Shown: piece by piece, positions 1-9,794 of the stretch
Position numbering within the stretch: position 1 is the first letter of the stretch
Layout: every line of letters begins with the position of its first letter
Assembly: GCA_043228905.1 (NCBI GenBank)
Contig: JBHGNT010000002.1
Coordinates: 22,196,001-22,260,000, forward strand
Source: Azolla caroliniana
Taxonomy: Eukaryota; Plantae; Polypodiophyta
DNA length: 64,000 nucleotides
Reading direction: 5' to 3'
Program-made: the position numbers and the translations under genes
The notes under the pieces: model-generated
What the model was told of the DNA's origin: nothing
Database searches by the model: none
Seen by the model: the letters and a program-made list of their open reading frames with translations, nothing else

Positions 1-37
1 CTACAAAGCGCGACTTGTAGCGAAAGGCTGCACCCAA

Positions 38-1387
38 ATGCATGGAGTTGACTACGAGGAGACCTTTGCCCCGGTGGCAAAGATGACGACGGTACGGACC
101 GTAATTGCGCTTGTCGCTGCGAAAGGGTGGCACCTCCATCAAATGGACGTCAAGAACACCTTTCTACAAGGCGAATTAGAAGAGGAGGTGTACATGATAC
201 AACCACCCGGCTTCAAATCGAGCATTCATCCAAAAGCCGTATGCCAACTCAAGAAGCCACTCTACGGCCTCAAGCAAGCACCGTGTGCTTGGCATTCGAA
301 GATAACACAATATCTTCATCAAATTGGCTTCCGTATGTCAAAATCGGACAACTCCCTCTACATACGAAGTGATTCCACAAGTCCGATCGTCATCATTTTA
401 TATGTGGATGACCTAGTCATTGGAGGTGAGCATCTCGTCGAAATCAATAAAGTCAAATCCTTCCTTTCCGACAAGTTTGAGATGACGGACATGAAGGAGC
501 TCCACTACTTCCTCGACATCGAGGTAATTCGGACTCCGGCCGGAATCATGATCTCTCAACGGCACTACATCCTCAACTTGTTATACAAGTTTGGGATGGC
601 TGAGTGCAAATCCGCGGCAACCCTGCTCGATCGCAATCTCAAACTAGATGCGAACTCTGGCACCAAAGCGTGTGAGCCGACTCAGTATCGGCAACTCATC
701 GGGAGTCTCATCTACCTCACGATCACACGACCTGATCTCAGTTATCCGGTCGGTCTCCTTAGCCAATTCATGCAAACAGCGCGTGATACTCACTTGGATT
801 GCGCTAAGCGAGTCCTACGCTACGTGAGCGGCACAATGGATTGCGACATCCTCTACAAGACCGTGATGCCAATACGACTCGAGGGGTACACAGACGCCGA
901 TTGGGCCGGCTACAACGCTGATAGAAGATCAACCTCCGGATTTGTTTTCTCCCTCGGCAACGGAGCAATATCCTGGAGTAGTAAGAAGCAGCCTACCGTC
1001 GCTCTTTCGAGTACGGAGGCGGAATACAGGGGCGCAGCTGTAGCTGCGTGTGAAGCCGTATGGCTCAAGAGGATTTTGAAGGATCTGGGTGTACCCATCA
1101 AGGATTTGACTTCCCTTTACTGCGACAACATGAGCAGTATCTATTTGGTTCGGAACCCGGTGTTCTACGCGCGGACAAAGCACATCGAAGTGCACTATCA
1201 CTTCATCCGAGAGCGCGTTCTGGCTGGCGATGTCGACCTACAACACATTAGCACCAATCTTCAAACGGCCGACATCTTCACTAAAGCCTTAGGAGCCGAC
1301 AAGCTATGGCAATTCATGACCGATCTCGGATTGACGATCCCTGACCTGCCAAGCTTGAGGGGGAGTATTGAAGACACTACGCAATAA
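38..1387 (+). CDS. Copia pol, RT and RNase H portion (open at the window edge)
   Basis: Motifs QMDVK, LYGLKQAP, YVDD, YTDADWAG, SSTEAEY, CDN and RTKHIEVHYHF. Confidence 0.93.
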   Translation: MHGVDYEETFAPVAKMTTVRTVIALVAAKGWHLHQMDVKNTFLQGELEEEVYMIQPPGFKSSIHPKAVCQLKKPLYGLKQAPCAWHSKITQYLHQIGFRMSKSDNSLYIRSDSTSPIVIILYVDDLVIGGEHLVEINKVKSFLSDKFEMTDMKELHYFLDIEVIRTPAGIMISQRHYILNLLYKFGMAECKSAATLLDRNLKLDANSGTKACEPTQYRQLIGSLIYLTITRPDLSYPVGLLSQFMQTARDTHLDCAKRVLRYVSGTMDCDILYKTVMPIRLEGYTDADWAGYNADRRSTSGFVFSLGNGAISWSSKKQPTVALSSTEAEYRGAAVAACEAVWLKRILKDLGVPIKDLTSLYCDNMSSIYLVRNPVFYARTKHIEVHYHFIRERVLAGDVDLQHISTNLQTADIFTKALGADKLWQFMTDLGLTIPDLPSLRGSIEDTTQ

Positions 1388-1648
1388 CGCGTAGATTCGG
1401 CAACCACGCAACGAAGCAGCGAAGAGCCGATCTACCGCGCAAAGCCGCGAAGAAAGACGCAAGCCGAAGCATAGACTTCGCAACTACGCACGCAAGACGA
1501 ACCACAAACTTCGTAACTATGCACAATGCAAGTTGGAGCACGGATTCCGCAACTCCGCATAAAGCGAGTTGACGCGGACTCTAGAATGTGAGTTGAAGCG
1601 GATTTCGGATACCGTCTGAAACCGACCCGACTTGAGCTTGAGGGGGCG

Positions 1649-1931
1649 TGTTGAGAATCAATCTCAACTTGGTCTAGTGTGTGAACTCACCTTGAGAGTG
1701 AAGAGACACTCCAACGGTCAAGAGTCACAATTATGTCACCACTTTGTATTCTAGCATTTAGTATGAGTCATAGAATCATATTCTATGACACATAACTTAT
1801 GAGCTTTCACATTCCCCATTCTCCATGAGTCTTGTAGTTAATGGAGAGAGAGGGTGACTACATAAAGCACCCTCCTCCCACCTTGTATAATGTTGAGTCT
1901 TTCTCCTTTGTTAATATACTTAACCTTGCGT

Positions 1932-2008
<77 letters not shown>

Positions 2009-2031
2009 GTTCACACCTATTCCGCTTCACA
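1649..2031 (+). repeat. Copia 3' LTR containing (CT)n(CA)n microsatellite
   Basis: TG start directly after the PPT. The CA end abuts an unrelated truncated gag. The end position is approximate. Confidence 0.75.
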
Positions 2032-2768
2032 AGAATCCATCTCTTGATTCTTTACATTTGTGAATCCCTTGAGTGCTTGATCCTTGTTGTTGTAATGATA
2101 CGATAGTCGCTTCGAGTTGTTGTACATGTAACGTCAGCTCCCCATGTTGTTGTTTTTCCAGCGCTATTTGTTGAAGATCCCCCAACAAACGATGATTTTC
2201 TTGTTCTAGTGCTACAAATTTCTCTTTTAAGCACTGGAGCTCCGAGAAAACAGATTGGTATTCTTGAGCGCTAACAGTTTCCATTTTACTATGGAGGATA
2301 AGAGGATTAGTAAGAAGATAAAAGGAAGAGGAGGAAAGGAAGATACGGAAGGAAGAACGACCAAAATTGGTTCAAACGGTTAGGAATAGTACTAAGACAG
2401 AGAAGGAATTGGTACTAAAAGAAGTTTTAGTACTAAGAGAGGTGAAGAACTCTCGAGAGAAGGAAAGAGTGAGTGAGTGGGAGGGAGGGAGGGAGGGAGA
2501 GAGAGAGAGTGATGATAAGAAAAGATATATATATTATGTGAAGAGAATGTACAGTAGTAGCTAGGAGGCTTAAGACTGGTGTTGAACTGATTTGGTTCGA
2601 AATAATGCCTTGTGCCTCCTTTTATAGTGTTCTAAGGAATACTCCTGAAGTTTCTAGAATGTTCCAGAGAAATTTGGAATATACATCAATTTTCTATAAT
2701 AAAACATAAATGAAAATAATATTCTACTCGACCCATGTAGCATAAGGTCATGGGTTCGAGTCTTGCCA
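2032..2768 (-). mobile_element. Truncated Tcn1-like Gypsy remnant (5' LTR about 2378-2768 plus gag N-terminus 2032-2284)
   Basis: Peptide AQEYQSVFSELQCLKEKFVALEQEN matches the gag at 54730. The upstream DNA is colinear with about 54204-54730. LTR start TGGCAAGACTCGAAC resembles TGTCAAGATTCGAAC at 59142. Confidence 0.75.
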
Positions 2769-2772
2769 TATC

Positions 2773-2982
2773 ATGACAGAGACAAGGAATGAGATGAAGA
2801 TCCAAAACCTCGAAAGTAATCTGTCCTTTAAGCCAATGGAGGGTGGAGAAATGCTAGACGAGTTCATCACAAGGATAAGCAACATTAGAGATAAACTAGT
2901 GGTAGTTTGGATGGTAAAAAGTAGACATCGAGCTTGCATGGACATGTTACCCATGCCTTGCCCGCTAAGCACAATGGCCTAG
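2773..2982 (+). pseudogene. Degenerate Copia gag (UBN2-like) fragment
   Basis: Peptide KIQNLESNL...MEGGEMLDEFITRISNIRDKL resembles Copia gag. Confidence 0.45.
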
Positions 2983-4290
2983 GCATAACAATGAACATGT
3001 TGATGAGGAACAATGAAAGAGCAATGCTTAACAATTTGATTGGTCATTGCAAGAGTGCAATGCTTTGGAAACAAGGAATGCTTTATTGACATCATTGTAA
3101 GAACCAATTCTAAATGCTAGTAGGAGACTAAGGAATTTATTTCTACAAAGGGAACTAGCTACTGCCTTTATCTTGACATTTTGATAGATATTTGAACACT
3201 AAATTTGGTTTAGTTATTCATATTTGTGTTCATCTTGATTCTAATGTATATAATAGAATGACTATATTCAATGGTATGGGACGTTGATAGAGTTTCATAT
3301 TCATCTCATCCTTTGTTTGAGGGTTGGGGGAGGGGGAGGGGTTTGATCACCCTTCTTAATCCATTATTTTCCTTAAAATTTTAATTAATGGATTATCATT
3401 AGTATTTAATCATAATAGATTGCTTAATAAGTTTTCCCTTATTCTTATCTTGCATGAAATATGATCGACCAAGAGTTTCAACAAAATATTGATTCTTCTT
3501 CCTAGATCAACAAATTAACCATTGGTTAATTGTTGTTGATAGATAAGATATGACTCCCTCCCCCATCTCACAAAAAAGTAGTTGATTATATTAACAAGTG
3601 AGCATAACCCAATATAGTGTGTCTTTTGTACAACTTTATATCATGAGAAGTAAATTTCGTTGCGAGAAATTTTTTTTTCCTAGAAAATATCCTTTCATTA
3701 GTTATAAATAGTTATTACAAGAATGTTGACCTACCATCAAGCTACCATTGGTATGTTGCACTCTTCCTTGTGTCCCCATCCCTAAAGGATAAATAGTATC
3801 ATCACTCCAGCACTCCATAACCTAGTTATGTAATTGGTGGTGGGAACTGTTGAGAAGCAAGCTCAACAAAGGTATGTGATGCTTATTGAGAAATAAGCTA
3901 TAGTCGCTATTAGCTAATTAGCTACTAGTGGACATAAAGGTGAAACAAATATTTAGCTATGCATAGCTATTTAGCTATTGACAGCTATTTAGCTACAGAC
4001 AGCTAATTAGCTACTGACAGCTAATTAGCTGCATATATAAGTCACTTATATACTTAGGTAAAAAGTAAGTTGTAGTAAGTAGGGAAGAGAGTAAGAAGTA
4101 AGTAAGAGAGAGAGAGGAAGAACAGAAAATAGAAAATTGTCGAGAGCGAGTTGAGCTCTGCATGTAATGGAATAGAAGCTTTTGGACTGTGCAGAGGTAA
4201 GTCTCCTTCCTCTTTGTAAAGAAATGAAGAGGCAAGAGTGGTTGTAATGCAGCGGAAGATGAGTGAGTGAGTGAGTGTGTGTGTGTCTCA

Positions 4291-4369
<79 letters not shown>

Positions 4370-4734
4370 GTGAGTGAGAGAGCTCCAGTAGAGATAGGCA
4401 AACTGTCTATAAACCAAAATTACATCAAAGCATAAAACATCCAACTACAACTAAGTTACAATGTGTTGGTTTATATACCAACTAAGCTAGGGCAAGTGCC
4501 CTTTCTACTATTTACAAAACTAGCCCAACACGTCCATGAGCTAGTGTGAAACCTATCTATGGGAAGTTGAGTTCGATTCTCAACACGCCCCTTCGAACAC
4601 AACTTCCATCTGTCGAAAAGTTGTTTCGGTCTTCAGAGTACTTTGATTTAAGGAATAGGATTCCAGCTTTATTGTTTTACGCTTCTTATTGCGTGTTACG
4701 TGTTGCGTAGTCTATCCGTGCCGCGTATGCTGCG

Positions 4735-5438
4735 TACTCCCCCTCAAGCTTGGCAATGTAGATGTCGTGAGACCAAGGTCCGATGCAAATTGCCCGAGCT
4801 TGTCGACGTCTAGAGCTTTCGTAAAAATATCAACAACCTGAGGTGCGTACTGAGGTGTTGTAGATCGATCTCTCCGGCCTGTACGCGCTCGCGGATGAAG
4901 TGGTAATGCACTTCGATATGTTTAGTCTGTGCGTGGAATACGGGATTCCGCGCCAGGTAGATACTGCTCATGTTGTCGCAATAGAGACGAATTGGATCCT
5001 TGATGGGTACGCCCAAATCCTTTAGTACGCGTTTCAGCCAGACGGCTTCGCATGCGGCGACTGCTGCACCCATGTATTCGGCTTCCGTGCTCGATAGTGC
5101 GACTGTCGGCTGCTTCTTACTACTCCAGGAGATTGCTCCACTACCAAGAGAGAAGAAGAATCCGGATGTGGATTGCCTGTCCGCTTTATATCCTGCCCAG
5201 TCCGCGTCTGTGTACCCTTCGAGTCGAACGATCGCATTCGTCTTGTACATAATGCCGTAGTCCATTGTCGTAGTGACATACCGAAGTATCCTCTTAGCGC
5301 AGTCTAGATGAAGATTTCGTGGAATCTACATAAACTGGCTAAGTACGCCAACTGAATAACTGAGGTTGGGTCGCGTAATAGTTAGATAGATCAAACTGCC
5401 GATTAGTTGTCGATACTGAGTCGGCTCGCTTTCAGCGG
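4735..5438 (-). pseudogene. Copia RT end and RNase H (3' part)
   Basis: Rejoins 13226 in frame ([16 protein letters not shown]) once the Gypsy and one TSD copy are removed. Contains YTDADWAG and TKHIEVHYHF. Confidence 0.9.
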
Positions 5439-6305
5439 TGTCGAGATATTACGCAAGTGCGTGTGGAAACGAGGCGGGACCGCGGGGGTCTCGAACCAAA
5501 GAGCAAGCGAGGGAGGAGAAAGGGAGAGAACCGGCTACGCAGGACCGGGGATACACAGGGACACGGCCCTTCAGCACGGAGAACGCGAACAGACACCGAC
5601 ACAGACAGATGCGAATGACTAAATATGTATATTAACAAAATGGCTAACACGACTACAACCCTCGATGGGGCACAGGTTGGCTACAGCCGAACAGGCCGGC
5701 GAACAGATGCCGATGCTTGTTCGCTTCGACGCACAAGGGGGTAGCAGGTCGGAGGTGCTGCCGGAAGCACTCGGGCGTTCCTCAAAACAGCGCGAGCCTC
5801 CCCGAAACCCTGCACAGAAAAGCTATGGAGCTCGAGAAGGAAGGAAGGAAACAGAGAGAGAAGCGTCCAGAAACGGTCCGACAGCACTTCGTCCTCTCTG
5901 CGCGAGATCCCTGCAACAGCTCTTTCCTGCTCCTTATATAGGCCGACGAGCAGGCCGTCCTGTCAGCTTTATTCCCTGTCCCTTTTGAACAGGGACCCGC
6001 TCCGTTCTTCACGCCTCCGTGTAGTTACGCCGCCGACTCGTACAGTTCCTTAGCTCGCGCGCGCGACCGAAAAGACTGTTCGCGCGGTCTTTGTCTCCAC
6101 TTGTGTTAGGGCCCGTTCCTGCCGATTATCCTCCTAACTCGCTTCTATGTACTACTTGGAGCGTGCGCGCGCGAAGAACCGGTTCCCACGCCTTGGGGCG
6201 CCGATTCCGCCTAGGGACGGTTTTCTTCACGACATCCGCCCCCACCTAACCGCACATCCTCCGGTATGCGCCAAGAGAGTTGGGACGGAGAAAACCGGCC
6301 CGTCT

Positions 6306-9300
6306 TCATTCCTCGCCCGTCGGTTCTTCCTCGTTTTCGGATCGTTCGTCACTGCTGACCAGGAGCGCCGGGTCTGGCTCGTCGTCGTGTCGCTTCTTGA
6401 ACGCTTTGATCCGCTTCCCTGCAACCGGTATCGCCATTCTTGTGCCGTCTAGTTCCGCCAGGTGATATGTCCCGTTGTCATTGGCGCTCCGTACCACGTA
6501 AGGCCCGAACCACCTTCGTGCGAACTTCCGTGTAGCTCGGTGCTGGTTGTCGAGGCTGTTGTCGTAGACGAGCACCCAGTCACCTTCTTCGATTTTCTTC
6601 GGTCGGAGCCGGTGCGTTCGGTCGAACCTGGCTTTGTTCTTTGTCCTCGTCACCCGGAGCTTCTCCGCAGCCAGTTCCACGTCCTCCGGTCTCCGCTCGA
6701 GCTGTCGCATACGCGCGGCCAACAACTCCTCCCGGCTCATCTCGTCCCTCCAGTCGACCGTTGCCCACGAGGAGATCGTCCGTTCCATCGGCATGATCGG
6801 CTTCTGGCCGAACATGAGCTCCGTCGGCATGTACCCGGTTACCGAACTGTGCGTGGTCCGGTCTGCCCACAAAGCATAAGGTAGCAGCCGCGGCCAGTTA
6901 CCGACTTGGCCCCCGCATGCCCGAACCAGCGCCTTGACGATCGGTCCGTGTCCGCGCTCCACCTTTCCATTCGCCTCCGGATTGTACGCAGTGGTGAGCG
7001 AGAGCTTGACTCCCAGCCGGTCGAACAGCTCCGCGGCTTCTTCGGCGTCCAACTCCCCTCTGTCAGCCACGATCTTCCCGACGCACCCGTACCGGCAAAT
7101 CACGTCCTCGATCAGGAACCGACATACGGCCGCGGTCGTTTTGTTGGGAAGGGCCCGGCCTTCCACCTGGTTCGTCAGATCCTCCCGCGCTAGGACCAGG
7201 TACCGCATCTGTCCTACCCCCATTGGCATCGTCACCAGATCTACCATCCATTTGAAGTGGATGGTCGGAGGGTACGTAGGGTGAAGCTCGTCCCGGTGTC
7301 GGACCACGGAGTGCATCTGACAGCTCTCGCAAGTTGTCACGAATCGATGCACGTCCCGGTACAGTCCTAGCCACCAGTACTTCTCCTTTATCTTCTCGAA
7401 CGTGGCCCAAGTTCCACGGTGTCCGGCCCAAGGGCTGTCGTGGTAGGCCGTCAGCAGCTCCTCCTGTTCCTCCTTCATCGCCACCACCCGGAGCGGAGCG
7501 CCGTCCCTCTTCTTCGGGTGCTTCCATAGATAGCCATCCCGGAGAAAGAACCGGTACGCTTTCTTCCGGATCCGGTTGGCCTCGTCTTTCGTCCATGACG
7601 CATCCGGCGCCATTGTCCTCAAGAACCCGCCGATCTGCAGCCACTCCCCGTCGTACTTGCTCGCGTCGAAGTCGTTAAGCGCCGGAGTGCTCGTCCCGCC
7701 GGTTGTTACGTATGCCGCCTCGAAGAAGTCCACGCCGACCTCTTCGTCCTCCGAAACCATGCCGCCCTCGTCATCGAATCTCGCCCTTGAAAGCATGTCG
7801 GCCATGGCGTTGTCTTTCCCGGAAATGTGTCGTATTTCCGGGTCCAGGGACTTGATGTACGCTATCCACCTGAGCATTGCCAGGTCCGGCGTCGCGCATC
7901 CGGAAACCATGCCGAGAATCGGCATGCAATCCGTCTCTATGATTACCTCTGTCCCGATCAGATAGTCCTTGTCGGCCTTCACCGCCGAAACGATACCCCA
8001 GAGTTCGCGTTTAACCTGGGCGTATCCTCGCTGCCGCTCACTAAGGACCTTCGCGCCGAATCGGATCGGAAACCGATTGCCGTCCTCGTCTTCTTGGTTG
8101 ACGACCCACCCAATTCCGGTCGGACTCGTGTCAACCGTTATGTACACTGGGGTGCCCTTCCTGTAGACGGCCTTTCGGAGCGCCGGTGCTGCCGAAAGAG
8201 CCTCCTTCAGCTTCCGGACCGACTCCGTGTGCTTGTCTAGCCATTCGAATCTTCGCCCTTTCTTCAATAATCCGTACAGCGGCTCCGCGACGTGCGCGTA
8301 ATGCGGGATCCATATGTGGTAGAAGGCGCATGCTCCCAAGAATCTTCGTACTTCCGTGACCGAGCTGCAATCAGGCTTCATCGCGGAGATGGCTTCTACC
8401 TTTGCTGGAGACGGTTTCCGGCCATATGGTCCACATAAATGTCCGACCACCATGATTTCCGACTGCCCGAAGGCTGACTTCTCCCCCGAGAAGGTGAGCC
8501 TCGCATCCTCTAGCCTTTGCAGCACCTTTTCGCAGTCGTCGATGTGCGTCACCACGAATCGCCGGCATCCGTCCGGCCCGATCGTCTCGTCCTTCTCTTC
8601 TACCGGGCATCCCTTGATCGGGATGTCGTCTAGAAACGGCATGGTGATGTCCGGGATGCAGTCCCTCAGCACCTTGTTCATTGCATTCACCATGTGGGCC
8701 ACCGAGTTGGTCCCTCCTTGCGGCAGCGTACACATCCGCACTAGGCCGAGGGGAGTTCGCATCGTCGTAATGTCTCTGCTCTCCACGGCTAGCTGGAACT
8801 GGTCGTACCCTGAGTATAGATCACGGACCGAGTAAATCGACCTTCCGGCGAAGGCCTCCGCGAACTCGTCTATGGTCGGTCCGATCCCTGCGTTCCGAAT
8901 GGTCACTCTATTGACCGGCTGCAGGTCCTGAATGAAGCGCAACGATCCGTTTTTCTTTGGTACGGTAAACCATCGGTTTGAATACGGGGCGCTCGACGGC
9001 TCGAGAATGCCCATATCAACTTTCTGCTTCAACAGCTCCATCAACTTCGGGATGTGAGCTCTCGGAACCGGAATTGGCTTGAGATTCCACGGTACATGCG
9101 GTACCGTGAATATCACCATCGGCTCTACGATCGTCGGGTTTACGCACCCGATTTCCTCCGGTGAGAATGCGAAGGCTTTCCCGTGCCTTCCGAGCATTCT
9201 CCGAAACCGGTCTTCCTCCGCCGGCAGTAGGAACCCGCCCCCACCGATCTTCAGCTCGCGGAGCGTCTCGTTGGTGAAGGTGTGTCCTATGCAGGCCGGA

Positions 9301-9794
9301 TCTCGTAAGCTGGGGTCCGATGCAACCCCTTTGATTCGGGATTCGCTGCCCTCCGGTAAGGGCGCCGCAACTGGCCTCACCTTCCGGTCCACAGTCTTGT
9401 ACTTGGTGCTAACTCGGGCCGTCCGTTCCGACTCGAGCCCTCGACCGAAGTCCGCGATGACTTCGTACATTTCTTCGGAACATACCGGTATCGTCCGGTC
9501 TCCGTTAAGGTCTCCTTCGACTACCTTCCCCAGCATTCCCAAGGTGTCGTCGAAGGAGACTGCCTCCACGGCTCCGTTGATTTCTTCGTCAGGACCGAGA
9601 ACTCCGCACGCTCGAAGTCTCCCCTCCGTCTTTGTTTTCTCTCGGCCGGCGATGCCGACCATCGTACATGCTCCGCTGTCGGAGAAGCAAAATTTCCTAC
9701 CTATTGTACACGGTTTTATCGTACAGATGTGGGGTTTTCCCGGAGCATCCGGACTATCGCGGCCCCACGCCTTGGCAGTCCTCTCTAAAAATCC
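6306..9794 (-). CDS. Gypsy pol (RT, RNase H, integrase), likely entered by -1 frameshift
   Basis: 1118-aa ORF that stays open upstream to the gag stop region. Motifs LPQG, FLDD, VDTS, HHCC (YHDS..GHRG..CESC), D,D35E and WFGPY. No chromodomain. Confidence 0.93.
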   Translation of the reverse strand, partial: GFLERTAKAWGRDSPDAPGKPHICTIKPCTIGRKFCFSDSGACTMVGIAGREKTKTEGRLRACGVLGPDEEINGAVEAVSFDDTLGMLGKVVEGDLNGDRTIPVCSEEMYEVIADFGRGLESERTARVSTKYKTVDRKVRPVAAPLPEGSESRIKGVASDPSLRDPACIGHTFTNETLRELKIGGGGFLLPAEEDRFRRMLGRHGKAFAFSPEEIGCVNPTIVEPMVIFTVPHVPWNLKPIPVPRAHIPKLMELLKQKVDMGILEPSSAPYSNRWFTVPKKNGSLRFIQDLQPVNRVTIRNAGIGPTIDEFAEAFAGRSIYSVRDLYSGYDQFQLAVESRDITTMRTPLGLVRMCTLPQGGTNSVAHMVNAMNKVLRDCIPDITMPFLDDIPIKGCPVEEKDETIGPDGCRRFVVTHIDDCEKVLQRLEDARLTFSGEKSAFGQSEIMVVGHLCGPYGRKPSPAKVEAISAMKPDCSSVTEVRRFLGACAFYHIWIPHYAHVAEPLYGLLKKGRRFEWLDKHTESVRKLKEALSAAPALRKAVYRKGTPVYITVDTSPTGIGWVVNQEDEDGNRFPIRFGAKVLSERQRGYAQVKRELWGIVSAVKADKDYLIGTEVIIETDCMPILGMVSGCATPDLAMLRWIAYIKSLDPEIRHISGKDNAMADMLSRARFDDEGGMVSEDEEVGVDFFEAAYVTTGGTSTPALNDFDASKYDGEWLQIGGFLRTMAPDASWTKDEANRIRKKAYRFFLRDGYLWKHPKKRDGAPLRVVAMKEEQEELLTAYHDSPWAGHRGTWATFEKIKEKYWWLGLYRDVHRFVTTCESCQMHSVVRHRDELHPTYPPTIHFKWMVDLVTMPMGVGQMRYLVLAREDLTNQVEGRALPNKTTAAVCRFLIEDVICRYGCVGKIVADRGELDAEEAAELFDRLGVKLSLTTAYNPEANGKVERGHGPIVKALVRACGGQVGNWPRLLPYALWADRTTHSSVTGYMPTELMFGQKPIMPMERTISSWATVDWRDEMSREELLAARMRQLERRPEDVELAAEKLRVTRTKNKARFDRTHRLRPKKIEEGDWVLVYDNSLDNQHRATRKFARRWFGPYVVRSANDNGTYHLAELDGTRMAIPVAGKRIKAFKKRHDDEPDPALLVSSDERSENEEEPTGEE

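Larger units (their letters stand above)
1..2031 (+). mobile_element. 3' part of a Ty1/Copia LTR retrotransposon (RT-RNaseH, PPT, 3' LTR)
   Basis: Copia RT/RNaseH ORF, PPT GAGGGGGCG at 1640-1648, then an LTR starting TGTTG at 1649 and ending near ...TTCACA at about 2031. The 5' part lies outside the window. Confidence 0.9.
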
